Positions 17,337-27,717 of a DNA stretch of 42,914 nt are shown here, piece by piece. The notes under the pieces were generated by a model that saw nothing but the letters and a program-made list of their open reading frames with translations, did no database searches and was not told the DNA's origin. Numbering within the stretch: the first letter of the stretch is position 1; every line of letters starts with the position of its first letter. The translations under genes and the position numbers were made by a program. Source of the stretch: an uncultured Muribaculaceae bacterium (lineage in GTDB: Bacteria; Bacillota_I; Bacilli_A; RF39; UBA660). The stretch covers positions 1 to 42,914 of the forward strand of contig CAZFGE010000001.1 in assembly GCA_964518415.1 (NCBI GenBank). Reading direction: 5' to 3'.

Positions 17337-19045
17337 ATGTTTAAATTAATAAAATCACTTAATAAAAAAGATTTTTTTCTTGTATTTATTAGTGTTTTAC
17401 TAATAGTTTTACAAGTATGGTTAGATTTAAAGTTACCTGATTATATGTCTAAGATTACAAGACTTGTACAAAGTGACAATAGCACAATTAATGAAATACT
17501 TGAACAAGGATTTTTTATGCTTGGTTGTGCATTTGGAAGCTTAATATCAGCTATAATAGTTGGATATTTAACTAGCAAGTTATCAGCAACCCTTTCATAT
17601 AAAATTAGAGAAAGACTATTTAATAAAGTAGAAGACTTTAATATGGAAGAGATTAAAAACTTTAAGACAAGTAGTTTAATTACTCGAACAACAAATGATA
17701 TAACAAATATTCAAATGTTTATATCTATGGGACTTCAAATGCTAATCAAAGCTCCTATTACAGCAATATGGGCAATTTTAAAAATACTTAATAAAAGTTT
17801 TGAGTGGAGCATTATTACAGCAATTGCCGTATTTATATTAATCTTAATGGTAATAGTTTTAATGATTACAGTTTTACCTAAATTTAAAGTAGTTCAAAAG
17901 TTAATAGATAATATTAATAATATTGCTCGCGAAAACTTAACAGGTATTAGAGTAATACGTGCATTTAATGCTGAGAAATTCCAAACAGATAAATTTAAAA
18001 GTGCAAATAGTGAACTTACAAATGTTCAACTATTCACCCAAAAGATGATGTCTATAATATCTCCGGTTATGTATTTAGTTATGAATATGCTTACAATTAG
18101 TATTTATTTTGTAGGTGCATATTTAATAGAAAATGCTTTAATGGCTGATAAGATAAATCTATTTAGTGATATGGTTGTATTTTCAAGCTATGCTATGCAA
18201 GTTATAATGTCTTTCTTAATGCTTGCTATTATATTTATAATGTATCCTAGAGCTAGTGTATCAGCTAATCGTATTAATGAAGTTTTAGATACAACTATTA
18301 GTATAAAAGATGGAAAAATAGATACAGAAAATAATATAAAAGGAGAAGTTGAATTTAAAGGTGTTTCATTTAAATACCCTGATAGTGAAGAATATGTATT
18401 GCATTTATAGGATCAACTGGATCAGGTAAATCAACTTTAATAAATTTAATTCCAAGATTCTATGATGCAACAGAAGGTGAAATACTAATAGATAAAGTTA
18501 ATATTAAAGATTATAAGTTAAGTACTCTTCATAAAAAAATAGGATATGTATCTCAAAAAGCAGTTTTATTTAAAGGTTCTGTAAACTATAATGTTGGATA
18601 TGGAGAGGATACTTGTAAAGAAAATATAAAGGAAGCTATTAGAGTTGCTCAAGCAAGTGAATTTGTTGAAAAAATGAGTGATAAATATGAATCAGTTATA
18701 TCACAAGGTGGTACTAATATATCTGGTGGTCAAAAACAAAGAATATCTATTGCTCGTGCGATTGCTAAAAATCCTGAGATTTATATATTTGATGATTCTT
18801 TTAGTGCACTAGATTATAAAACTGATTATTTACTTAGAAAAGAGTTAAGTAAGTATACAAAAGATTCAACAATATTTATAGTAGCCCAAAGAATTGGTAC
18901 AATTATGAATGCTGATAAGATAATTGTTTTAGATAGTGGTAATGTAGTTGGAATGGGAAAACATAAAGAATTATTAAAAAATTGTGATGTTTACAAGGAA
19001 ATTGCATACTCACAATTATCAAAGGAGGAGTTAGAAAATGCCTAG
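17337..19045 (+). pseudogene. ABC exporter (fused permease/ATPase, BmrC/YheI-like), disrupted by a frameshifting deletion near 18395-18410
   Basis: The TMD frame ends EEYVLHL* at 18410. The NBD continues in another frame from about 18395 (CIAFIGSTGSGKSTLINLIPRFYD ... GGQKQRISIARA ... IYIFDDSFSALD). About 11-12 residues normally found before Walker A are missing. Confidence 0.8.
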
Positions 19046-21161
19046 AGGAAATAGAGGTCCAAAAGAAAAGCCTAAAAATTTAAAAAGTGCTATTAAAAAA
19101 CTTTTTACTTATTTAAAAAGCTTTAGAGTTCTAATTTTTATATCAATCATTCTAGCTACTCTTGGAGCAATCCTATCTATAATAGGTCCAAATAAATTAT
19201 CTGATTTAACTGATGAGATAAGTAGTGGACTTGTTATAAATCAAAAAAACATGGAAGAAATATCAAAGAAAGTTACTTCTAATTTAACTGAAGATAAAAT
19301 GCCTATCATAATATCTTCTATTATGATGGATCAAAATATATCAGATACTGATAAATTATCTTTATCAAAATTTGATTTTAAAAATGGTGATATCAAAACA
19401 CTTCCTTTAAGTATTCAAAATAAATTATTCAATGAATTTACTTTTAATAAAGAAGTGATAAGTGTTAGTGATCAAGTTGAATTTGTATCTATTATGAGTT
19501 CTATAAAAATGAGTAAAGATTCTAATTTAATATATTCTAAATTAGATAAATTACCAGATAGTATTAAAAATCAAATCAAACCAAAAATGAATTTAAAAAG
19601 TATAAAAAATATAGGATTATTCTTAATTACTTTATATTTATTAAGTGCATTATTTAATTTAATTCAAGGCTTTATTATGTCAGTTGTTTCTAATAGATTT
19701 GCTGAGGAGTTAAGAGATAAAATATCTGTTAAGATAAATAAACTTCCTCTTAAATATTATGATTCAAAACAAATAGGTGATATATTATCACGTATTACTA
19801 ATGATGTAGATACAATATCTCAATCAATGAATCAAAGCTTATCTTCTCTAGTAGGTGCGATTACATTATTTATAGGTTCAATTATAATGATGTTTGTAAC
19901 TAATGGAATTATGGCTATAGCTGCAATAGTATCGTCTTTAATTGGTTTTGTATTTATGTTTGTAGTATTATCTAAATCTCAAAAGTATTTTTCTAAAAGA
20001 CAAGTAGAGTTAGGTAAACTTAATAGTCATATTGAAGAGGTGTATTCAGCTCATAATATAGTTAAAGTGTATAATGGTAAGAAAGACGCTAAAGAAAAAT
20101 TTGATAAGTTAAATAAGTCAGTTTATGACTGTAATAGAAAGAGTCAATTCTTATCAGGACTTATGCCTCCTATGATGGGATTTATTGGAAACTTAAGTTA
20201 TGTTGTTGTATGTGTTGTTGGAGCATCACTTGTTATAAATGGTAATATTACATTTGGTGTAATTGTAGCGTTTATTCTTTATGCAAGATTATTTACATCT
20301 CCACTTTCTCAAATCGCACAAGGCTTAACTTCTCTTCAATCAACTGCTGCAGCAAGTGAGAGAGTATTTGAATTCTTAGAAGAAGAAGAGATGATGGATG
20401 AATCTAGCTTAACTAATAAAATAGATGTAAGTAAAGTTAGTGGTAGTGTAGAATTTGATCATGTTAAATTTGGATATAATCCTGATAAATTAATCATAAA
20501 AGACTTTAATGCTAAAATTAAACCAGGAAGCAATATCGCAATAGTAGGTCCAACAGGAGCAGGTAAGACAACACTAGTTAACTTACTTATGAAATTTTAT
20601 AATATTACAAGTGGTGATATTAAAATAGATGGTATATCTATTAATTCACTTACACGTGAAAATATTCATGATTTATTTATAATGGTTTTACAAGATACTT
20701 GGGTATTTAATGGAACTATTAGAGATAATGTAAAATATAATAGTAATGCTACTGATGAAGAGATTTGGGAAGCTTTAAAAACAGTTGGGGTAAGTCACTT
20801 TGTTAAATCACTTCCAGGTGGACTTGACTTTGTAATTAAAGATAATGATTCTATCTCTCAAGGACAAAAGCAACTATTAACTATTGCTCGTGGTATGATT
20901 AAAGCATCTCCACTTCTAATTTTAGATGAAGCAACATCTTCAGTAGATACTAGAACAGAAGAATTAGTAAGTAGAGCAATGGATAATTTAACACATGGTA
21001 GAACTTCATTTATAATTGCTCATAGATTATCAACTATTAAGAATGCTGATGTTATCTTTGTTATGAAAGATGGAGATATTATAGAGTCAGGTTCTCATGA
21101 TGAGTTGATGAGTAAAAATGGATTTTATAGTGAACTTTATAATTCACAATTTGAAAACTGA
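19038..21161 (+). CDS. ABC exporter (fused permease/ATPase, BmrD/YheH-like partner)
   Basis: 707 aa. Six-TM exporter domain with an insertion of about 130 aa between TM1 and TM2. Walker A GPTGAGKTT, signature SQGQKQ, Walker B LLILDEATS, H-loop IAHRL. Confidence 0.85.
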   Translation: MPRGNRGPKEKPKNLKSAIKKLFTYLKSFRVLIFISIILATLGAILSIIGPNKLSDLTDEISSGLVINQKNMEEISKKVTSNLTEDKMPIIISSIMMDQNISDTDKLSLSKFDFKNGDIKTLPLSIQNKLFNEFTFNKEVISVSDQVEFVSIMSSIKMSKDSNLIYSKLDKLPDSIKNQIKPKMNLKSIKNIGLFLITLYLLSALFNLIQGFIMSVVSNRFAEELRDKISVKINKLPLKYYDSKQIGDILSRITNDVDTISQSMNQSLSSLVGAITLFIGSIIMMFVTNGIMAIAAIVSSLIGFVFMFVVLSKSQKYFSKRQVELGKLNSHIEEVYSAHNIVKVYNGKKDAKEKFDKLNKSVYDCNRKSQFLSGLMPPMMGFIGNLSYVVVCVVGASLVINGNITFGVIVAFILYARLFTSPLSQIAQGLTSLQSTAAASERVFEFLEEEEMMDESSLTNKIDVSKVSGSVEFDHVKFGYNPDKLIIKDFNAKIKPGSNIAIVGPTGAGKTTLVNLLMKFYNITSGDIKIDGISINSLTRENIHDLFIMVLQDTWVFNGTIRDNVKYNSNATDEEIWEALKTVGVSHFVKSLPGGLDFVIKDNDSISQGQKQLLTIARGMIKASPLLILDEATSSVDTRTEELVSRAMDNLTHGRTSFIIAHRLSTIKNADVIFVMKDGDIIESGSHDELMSKNGFYSELYNSQFEN

Positions 21162-21178
21162 TTTTTATCAGTTTTTTT
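21155..21178 (+). terminator. Weak terminator after the exporter operon
   Basis: Stem aaactga (21155-21161) / tcagttt (21168-21174), then a T-run. Confidence 0.4.
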
Positions 21179-21221
21179 GTATAAATATTTAGTTTTTGTC
21201 ATAGATTTTTATAGGTGAGTT

Positions 21222-22292
21222 ATGAAAAAGATACTACTATTATTAATTTTAATTATTCCTTTTAATATACGTGCTGTTGATACATCTGCAGAATCAGCTA
21301 TTTTAATGGATATGGATTCAAATAGAATTTTGTATGCAAAAAATATAAATAAGCAAAGAAGTGTCGCTAGTATATCTAAGATAATGACTGCTTATCTTGC
21401 AGTGGAATCAGAAAAACTAGATAAAAAAGTAACAGTAGGTAGTGAGATAGATAAATCCTATGGATCTGGTATATATATTAAAAAAGGAGAAATATTAACT
21501 ATTCGTGATTTACTTTATGGACTAATGCTTAGAAGTGGTAATGATGCATCTTATGCAATTGCTAAAAACATATCAGGAAGTGTTGATAATTTTGTATCAG
21601 AGATGAATAAAAAAGCAAGTGAATTAAATTTAAAAAATACAATATTTAATAATCCTAATGGACTAGATGAAGATAAAGGAAACTATTCAACAGCTTATGA
21701 TATGGCAATTATCATGAGTAATGCTATGAAGAATAAAGATTTTAGAGAAATAGTTAAATCTAAAAAATATAGTTTAAAGACAAACATGAATACCTATATA
21801 TGGCATAATAAAAACAAACTTTTAAATATGTATAAATATGCAACAGGAGGAAAAACTGGATATACAAAAATAGCTAAAAGAACACTTGTAAATACGGCAA
21901 GTAAAAATAACTTAAATTTAGTTGCCGTAACGCTTAATGATGGAAATGACTTTAAAGATCATATGGAGTTATTTGAATATGGGTTTAATAATTATAAAAA
22001 CTATAAAATATTAAATAGTGGAGTGATTGATATATTAAGTGATAAATATTATAAAAAATATGACTTTTATATAAAAAATGATTTTACTTATCCTTTATCA
22101 AATGATGAGTTAGATTTAATACTTATTAAGTTTAATTTAGAAAAAAACAGAAAACCAAAAGAAAATATGAAAGTCGGATATGTTAGTGTTTACTTAGGTG
22201 ATTTATTAATTCATAAAGAAGACTTATATATTGTAAAAAAAATAAATAAAAAGTTTAATTTAAAAAAATTTATAAAGGATACATTTAAATGA
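21222..22292 (+). CDS. dacB: D-alanyl-D-alanine carboxypeptidase (S11; sporulation DacB-like)
   Basis: SISK (SxxK), SGN and KTG boxes, plus a signal peptide. Followed by spmA-spmB, as in the B. subtilis dacB operon. Confidence 0.8.
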   Translation: MKKILLLLILIIPFNIRAVDTSAESAILMDMDSNRILYAKNINKQRSVASISKIMTAYLAVESEKLDKKVTVGSEIDKSYGSGIYIKKGEILTIRDLLYGLMLRSGNDASYAIAKNISGSVDNFVSEMNKKASELNLKNTIFNNPNGLDEDKGNYSTAYDMAIIMSNAMKNKDFREIVKSKKYSLKTNMNTYIWHNKNKLLNMYKYATGGKTGYTKIAKRTLVNTASKNNLNLVAVTLNDGNDFKDHMELFEYGFNNYKNYKILNSGVIDILSDKYYKKYDFYIKNDFTYPLSNDELDLILIKFNLEKNRKPKENMKVGYVSVYLGDLLIHKEDLYIVKKINKKFNLKKFIKDTFK

Positions 22293-22873
22293 TAAATATA
22301 ATATGGGGATTTTTTATAATTACTGGAATTATATATAGTTTGTTTACAGGTAATATAGAAGTTATAAATAATGAAATACTTTTATCGTGTAAGACAAGCT
22401 TAAATTTAATCATGGAGATTTTTCCTGTTATAGCTTTATGGCTTGGTATAATGAAAATAGCAGAAAACTCTGGACTTCTAAACAAAATGTCTCAAGCTTT
22501 ATCTCCTATATTAGGTAAATTATTTCCAGATATTCCAAAAAATCATGAGTCTATTTCTTTAATGGCATCAAATATTATATCTAATATGGCAGGATTAGGT
22601 AGTGCCGCTACTCCATTTGGACTAAAAGCAATGAAATCACTTCAATCTTTAAACAATAAGAAAGATACTGCAACTCGTTCTATGATTACCTTCTTAGTTC
22701 TTAATACAAGTGGTGTTACTATTATTCCAACAACAATTATTTCGTTAAGATTAATGTATGGTAGCATTAGTCCAACTGAGATAGTTTTACCTTGTATAAT
22801 AGCAACTTTCTTCTCAAGTTTATTTGGACTTTTATTTGATAGATATTTGGGTGGTAAATATGCAAATCACTAA
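22289..22873 (+). CDS. spmA: Spore maturation protein A (nucleoside-recognition/Gate domain)
   Basis: Polytopic membrane protein of 194 aa. 4-nt overlap with dacB. Conserved dacB-spmA-spmB order. Confidence 0.8.
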   Translation: MINIIWGFFIITGIIYSLFTGNIEVINNEILLSCKTSLNLIMEIFPVIALWLGIMKIAENSGLLNKMSQALSPILGKLFPDIPKNHESISLMASNIISNMAGLGSAATPFGLKAMKSLQSLNNKKDTATRSMITFLVLNTSGVTIIPTTIISLRLMYGSISPTEIVLPCIIATFFSSLFGLLFDRYLGGKYANH

Positions 22874-23378
22874 TATGATAATACCTATAATGGTTTTATT
22901 AATAATAGTTTATGGTATTTTTAAAAAAGTAAATATATATGACTCATTTATTGAAGGGTCTTGTGAATCATTTGGTATGATTAAACATATTTTTCCATGC
23001 CTGCTTGCTATGATATTGGGAGTTAATATATTTATTAAAAGTGGTCTTATAGATTTAATATATAATTTTATAAAACCATTATTTATTATTTTAAAAATTC
23101 CTATAGAAGTGTTTCCTATGATTATAATGAGACCAATTTCTGGAACTAGTACACTAGCTATTTTAAATAATATATTTGACGCACTTGGACCAGACTCTTA
23201 TAGTGGAAGACTTGGAAGTGTTATACAAGGAGCAACTGATACGACATTTTATGTTATAACACTTTATTTTGGTAGTATTGGAGTAAAAAAAATAAGATAT
23301 GCAATGTGGGCTGGGTTGTTTGCTGATTTAGCCGGAATAATAGCTGCTATAATAGTAACTAAGCTCTTCTTTTGCTAA
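22860..23378 (+). CDS. spmB: Spore maturation protein B
   Basis: Membrane protein of about 172 aa. ATG 22860 (MQITNMIIP...) is preceded by GGGTGG. The track start 22824 would add an implausible extension overlapping spmA. Confidence 0.8.
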   Translation: MQITNMIIPIMVLLIIVYGIFKKVNIYDSFIEGSCESFGMIKHIFPCLLAMILGVNIFIKSGLIDLIYNFIKPLFIILKIPIEVFPMIIMRPISGTSTLAILNNIFDALGPDSYSGRLGSVIQGATDTTFYVITLYFGSIGVKKIRYAMWAGLFADLAGIIAAIIVTKLFFC

Positions 23379-23466
23379 TAGCAAATTGTAAAATAATGTA
23401 TACTAAAAAAAAACACTTTGCATTTATTTTTTTATGTGATATACTTAATTTCGGAGGGTAAGATAT

Positions 23467-23910
23467 ATGAAGAAGTTAGTTTTAACAAGTATCGCAGCAC
23501 TTTCATTATTAGCATTTACAGGATGTGAAAAAACTAAGACATTAGAATGTTCATTAACTAAAGATACATCAATTTATTCAATGAAACAAGATATTAATGC
23601 TACTTTCAAAGGAAAAAAATTAAGCACTATTGATCAAACAATTAAAATGACTATTGCTGATAAATATACTGCTTATATGGATCAAATGGTAGAAAGTACA
23701 AAAAAACAATATGAATCATATGAAGGTAAAGAAGGTATTTCTATTGATGTTAAACAAGATGGATCTGATATCGTATTAACTATGAATATGGAACCATCTA
23801 AAATGGATAGTGAAACTCTTAAAAAAATTGCAGGTTCTGATAACTATGCAACTGAAACATATGAAAATGCTAAATCAAGCTTAGAAAAACGTGGATATAC
23901 TTGTAAATAA
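23467..23910 (+). CDS. Lipoprotein of unknown function
   Basis: Lipobox LAFTGC after a signal peptide, 147 aa, RBS GGAGGG. Confidence 0.6.
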   Translation: MKKLVLTSIAALSLLAFTGCEKTKTLECSLTKDTSIYSMKQDINATFKGKKLSTIDQTIKMTIADKYTAYMDQMVESTKKQYESYEGKEGISIDVKQDGSDIVLTMNMEPSKMDSETLKKIAGSDNYATETYENAKSSLEKRGYTCK

Positions 23911-23937
23911 GAATTCTAATACTGAATTCTTTTTTTT
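23909..23937 (+). terminator. Rho-independent terminator
   Basis: Stem aagaattc (23909-23916) / gaattctt (23924-23931), then a T-run. Confidence 0.65.
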
Positions 23938-23975
23938 ATTATTAAAATATGATAAAATATAGTAGGTGATTTTAA

Positions 23976-24698
23976 ATGGAGAGATTGAATAAGTTTATTG
24001 CTTCATCTGGTTATACTTCAAGAAGAAAAGCAGATGATTTAATTATAAATGGTAAAGTAAAAATAAATGGTAAAGTTGTTAGAGAATTAGGTGTTAAAGT
24101 TGACTCTAATGATTTAGTTACTGTTGAAGGTAATGTTCTTAAAAAAGAAGAGAATAAAGAATATTTTTTACTTAATAAACCAAGAGGTGTTATTACAGCC
24201 GTAACAGATGATTTAAATAGAAAGACAGTAGTTGATTTAATTGATACTGATAAAAGAATTTATCCTGTTGGTAGGTTAGACTATGATACAACTGGAGCTT
24301 TAATTCTAACTAATGATGGAGAGCTTGCTAATTTACTAATGCATCCTAAAAACAATATTGATAAAGTATACATTGCTAAAGTAAAAGGTTTAATTGGTAA
24401 AGTAGAAATTAATAAATTAGAACGTGGAGTTTATATTGATGGAGTTAAAACTTCAAAAGCAAAAGCAAGAATTAGAAAGTATGATAAAAAGTCAGATTCA
24501 TCAATTGTTGAGTTAACTATTCATGAAGGACGTAATCATCAAGTTAAAAAGATGTTTGAAGCAATTGGATATGAAGTTGTTAAATTAAAAAGAGAAAAAA
24601 TATCTTTCTTAGATGTTAAAGATTTAAAATCAGGTGAATATAGATTGCTTAATATTAAAGAGGTTAAAAAACTATATAATGACGCACTAAATAGATAA
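23976..24698 (+). CDS. rluB: 23S rRNA pseudouridine synthase, RsuA/RluB family
   Basis: N-terminal S4 domain (RLNKFIASSGYTSRRKADDLI), catalytic GRLDYDTTGAL, and NHQVKKMF motif. Confidence 0.85.
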   Translation: MERLNKFIASSGYTSRRKADDLIINGKVKINGKVVRELGVKVDSNDLVTVEGNVLKKEENKEYFLLNKPRGVITAVTDDLNRKTVVDLIDTDKRIYPVGRLDYDTTGALILTNDGELANLLMHPKNNIDKVYIAKVKGLIGKVEINKLERGVYIDGVKTSKAKARIRKYDKKSDSSIVELTIHEGRNHQVKKMFEAIGYEVVKLKREKISFLDVKDLKSGEYRLLNIKEVKKLYNDALNR

Positions 24699-24717
24699 TT
24701 AATTATCTATTTTTTTT
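24691..24717 (+). terminator. Rho-independent terminator after rluB
   Basis: 20-nt perfect palindrome atagataatt/aattatctat (24691-24710), then T7. Confidence 0.6.
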
Positions 24718-24819
24718 GAATATATAATTGAATATTCAAGTGATTCTAGAATTATATTAAGAACATTTGAACTTGTATAAATAATAAAATATTTAACATA
24801 ATATTTATAGGAGGCAATT

Positions 24820-25359
24820 ATGAAAAAAGTAATAATATCTTTATTGTTTGTTATTTTACTTACTGGATGCAGTAGCAATTTACTTAATACACCTACTAAA
24901 AAGGTTGAAATGTTTTTTAATAAGTATCAATCCCTTGATGATGATGTATTAAGCCAGTTAAAAAGTGTTGTTGATAATGAAATAAGTTTTACAAAAGAAC
25001 AAGGATTAAACTATATAGAGATTATGAAAAAGCATTACCAAACTCTTAAATATAGAATTAAAGACGAAGTTATAGATGGCGATACTGCAGTTGTAACTGT
25101 TGAAATAGAGGTTAATGATTATTCTAAAATATTAAAAGAAGCTGATCTATATTTAGAAAATCATAAAGAAGAATTTATGAAAAATAATAAGGTAGATGAA
25201 ACCCTCTTTAATGAATATAGAATTAATAAATTAAAAGATTCAAAGGATAGAGTTAAATATACAATTGATATGACTTTATCTAAAATAGATGATAAGTGGG
25301 AACTTGATGAAGTTAGTCGTGATACAAAAGATAAAATACAAGGTGTTTATTATAAATAA
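24820..25359 (+). CDS. Lipoprotein of unknown function
   Basis: Lipobox LLTGCSS, 179 aa, RBS AGGAGG. Confidence 0.6.
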   Translation: MKKVIISLLFVILLTGCSSNLLNTPTKKVEMFFNKYQSLDDDVLSQLKSVVDNEISFTKEQGLNYIEIMKKHYQTLKYRIKDEVIDGDTAVVTVEIEVNDYSKILKEADLYLENHKEEFMKNNKVDETLFNEYRINKLKDSKDRVKYTIDMTLSKIDDKWELDEVSRDTKDKIQGVYYK

Positions 25360-25394
25360 AAAGTCTAAAACTATTAGACTTTTTATTTTTTTTT
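25359..25394 (+). terminator. Rho-independent terminator
   Basis: Stem aaaagtcta (25359-25367) / tagactttt (25375-25383), then a long T-run. Confidence 0.65.
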
Positions 25395-25437
25395 AAGGAA
25401 AAATAGTGTATACTAGTATATAGAATAGAGGGATAGT

Positions 25438-27000
25438 ATGATACTTAGAAAACCTTATGCAATATTAATTAAAAATTTTAAACTTATACATTTAATTTTA
25501 TCAGGTTTAATGTTATATTTACTTTTTAAGACATATAATATTTATGTTTTTTTAGGAGAATATTTAAAGACTATAGCTACAACTATAAGTAGTGATGTTA
25601 CTAAATCATTATTTGGATTTTTACCTGTAATTGTAAGTGCTTTTATAATTATATTTTGTTTAATTATATTTGCCTTGATGAAATTCAAAGATAAGCCTGT
25701 AAAATCATATTTTTATAGTATTATTGCTTATATAGCTTTTATAGTTTATTATTTAATAACTTTTTCAACTGTTAAGTCACTTGAGATAAATTTAGTTGAT
25801 GTTAGAACTTTAAAAATTCTTAGAGATTTAACTACAGTTGCTTTAATAGTTGAGTCAATTGGGTTTGTAATTGTATTAATTAGATCTACTGGATTTGATG
25901 TTAAAAGCTTTAACTTTAAAAAAGATTTAGAAGATTTAAATATTGAAACAGAAGACTCAGAAGAGTTTGAAGTTAATACTGAGATTGATACATCAAAACT
26001 TAAAAGATATGTTAAGAAAAAAATTAGACATTTTAAATATGCATATTTTGAAAATAAATTATTAATAAATATTTTAATGGTTATTGTTATTTTATTAGTT
26101 GGTGGCTTAGTTTATTATAACAAGGCAGTTGTTCATAAAAGATATAATATGAATGAAGCGTTATCTACATCAAGATTTAATTTTGTGTTTGAAGATTCAT
26201 ATGTTACTAAGTATGATTACAAACATAATTTAATTAGTGATGAAGAAGAAATACTTGTTGTAAGATTTAAAGTTAAAACATTATTTGGATATGCAAATAT
26301 AGGACTTGGTCATTTCCAACTTCTAATAGATGGTTTTAAATATCATAATCAATTAAATTTAAAAGATGATGTTTTAGATTTTGGCGAAGTATTTAATGAT
26401 CAAAGAATTAAAAAAGATTATCAAGAGTTCATATTAGTATTTAAGATCCCTACTGAATTTGAAAATAAAAAAATGAAATTAAAATATTTTGATACATTTA
26501 AAACTTATACAGTTAATATTAATCCGAAACCATTAAATAATACAGTTGATACTAAAACATATAATCTTGGAGAGACAATTGATTTTAAAGATTCTATATT
26601 AAAAAATACAAGCATTACATTAAAGAGTGTGAATATAGATAGTAGTTTTAAATCAGAATATAAGTCTTGCTATAATACATGTGCTACATATTATGAGTAT
26701 ATTGTTCCAAGTACAAATAATGGAGCTTCTAAAATTTTAAAATTAGATGGTTCTCTTAATTACACAGATTTAAATGATAAAATTAATACCTTATTTAAGT
26801 TTTTAAAAACATTCGCAACTATTAAATATTCAAATGGTTCTGAAATAAGTACTATGAATATAGGTATTAATCAAGTTAAACCTAAGAAGGGGAATGATTC
26901 ATCTTTATATATTGAGTTAACTGAAGAAGCGGCAAGCGCTGAACATTTGTCGATTGAGTTTAATATTAGAGGAAAAATGTATGCTTATAGTGTAAAATAA
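25438..27000 (+). CDS. Polytopic membrane protein with a C-terminal extracytoplasmic beta-rich domain (unknown function; first gene of the long co-directional block)
   Basis: 520 aa: about 5 N-terminal TM helices, an acidic linker, one more TM, then a hydrophilic domain of about 300 aa. Confidence 0.5.
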   Translation: MILRKPYAILIKNFKLIHLILSGLMLYLLFKTYNIYVFLGEYLKTIATTISSDVTKSLFGFLPVIVSAFIIIFCLIIFALMKFKDKPVKSYFYSIIAYIAFIVYYLITFSTVKSLEINLVDVRTLKILRDLTTVALIVESIGFVIVLIRSTGFDVKSFNFKKDLEDLNIETEDSEEFEVNTEIDTSKLKRYVKKKIRHFKYAYFENKLLINILMVIVILLVGGLVYYNKAVVHKRYNMNEALSTSRFNFVFEDSYVTKYDYKHNLISDEEEILVVRFKVKTLFGYANIGLGHFQLLIDGFKYHNQLNLKDDVLDFGEVFNDQRIKKDYQEFILVFKIPTEFENKKMKLKYFDTFKTYTVNINPKPLNNTVDTKTYNLGETIDFKDSILKNTSITLKSVNIDSSFKSEYKSCYNTCATYYEYIVPSTNNGASKILKLDGSLNYTDLNDKINTLFKFLKTFATIKYSNGSEISTMNIGINQVKPKKGNDSSLYIELTEEAASAEHLSIEFNIRGKMYAYSVK

Positions 27001-27051
27001 TATTGTTTAAAAAATAATATGTGTTATAATTAAATATGAGAGGATGATAAA

Positions 27052-27705
27052 ATGGGGAAGGTAAAATGTACACTTTTTTCTCTGTTTCTATTCTTAGGTA
27101 TGTCAAGAGTTGGCGCAGTAGCATGTGATAACTCAATGAAAGTTGACTATCAAAATAGAGCAAAGAATATTTCATATTCATATACTTATAACGATTCAAA
27201 TAATACTTTTAACATATTATTTACAAATGTAACAGATAGTTTATATTTGATTGACATGGATACTATGCAAGAGTATAGAAATAATCCTGAGATAACTATT
27301 TCAAATGTTAATCCTGGTAATAGTTATAGATATGGTGTATTTACAAGCGATTTAAATCCATGTAGTAATTCTAGCATTTATAATATTTATGTTACACTTC
27401 CATTTTATAATCCATATTATAGTGATCCTTTATGCGCAGGAATCAATACTTATAAATATTGCAAAAAATTTATTAACAAATCAGTTAGTTATGAAGAGTT
27501 TAAAGAAAATGTTACTAACTATAAAAATAGCTTTATAAATAATGATAGTAAAGAAGATAACAATAATGATAAAACAATTGTTGAAAAAATATTTAATAAA
27601 TTATTTGAATTTTATTTAGATTATTATTTTGTAATTCTTCCTTTAATTATAGTTATAACATTGATTGCTATTTATAAAGAAAATAAAAAGGATAGCTTGT
27701 TTTAG
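27052..27705 (+). CDS. Secreted Cys-containing protein with a C-terminal TM anchor (unknown function)
   Basis: Signal peptide ...SRVGAVA|CDN, 5 Cys in the ectodomain, hydrophobic tail YYFVILPLIIVITLIAIY followed by KENKKD. Confidence 0.5.
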   Translation: MGKVKCTLFSLFLFLGMSRVGAVACDNSMKVDYQNRAKNISYSYTYNDSNNTFNILFTNVTDSLYLIDMDTMQEYRNNPEITISNVNPGNSYRYGVFTSDLNPCSNSSIYNIYVTLPFYNPYYSDPLCAGINTYKYCKKFINKSVSYEEFKENVTNYKNSFINNDSKEDNNNDKTIVEKIFNKLFEFYLDYYFVILPLIIVITLIAIYKENKKDSLF

Positions 27706-27717
27706 GAGGTGTGAGTT

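Noticed and set aside
20868-20875. A third copy of the junction 8-mer AAGCAACT, inside the signature-motif region (GQKQLL) of the 707-aa ABC exporter. I considered it as a secondary attachment site.
   Set aside because: It lies on the opposite strand relative to the coding direction of the real target, and its flanks share nothing with the reconstructed attB arms. One or two chance 8-mer matches are expected in 43 kb on both strands.
22285-22485. A 66-aa minus-strand ORF.
   Set aside because: It is antisense to spmA.
22824-22859. The N-terminal extension of spmB given by the ORF track (MDFYLIDIWVVN...).
   Set aside because: It overlaps the spmA C-terminus and lacks an RBS. ATG 22860 has a GGGTGG RBS and gives the typical SpmB N-terminus.
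26966-27199. A 77-aa minus-strand ORF.
   Set aside because: It is antisense across two co-directional plus-strand genes.
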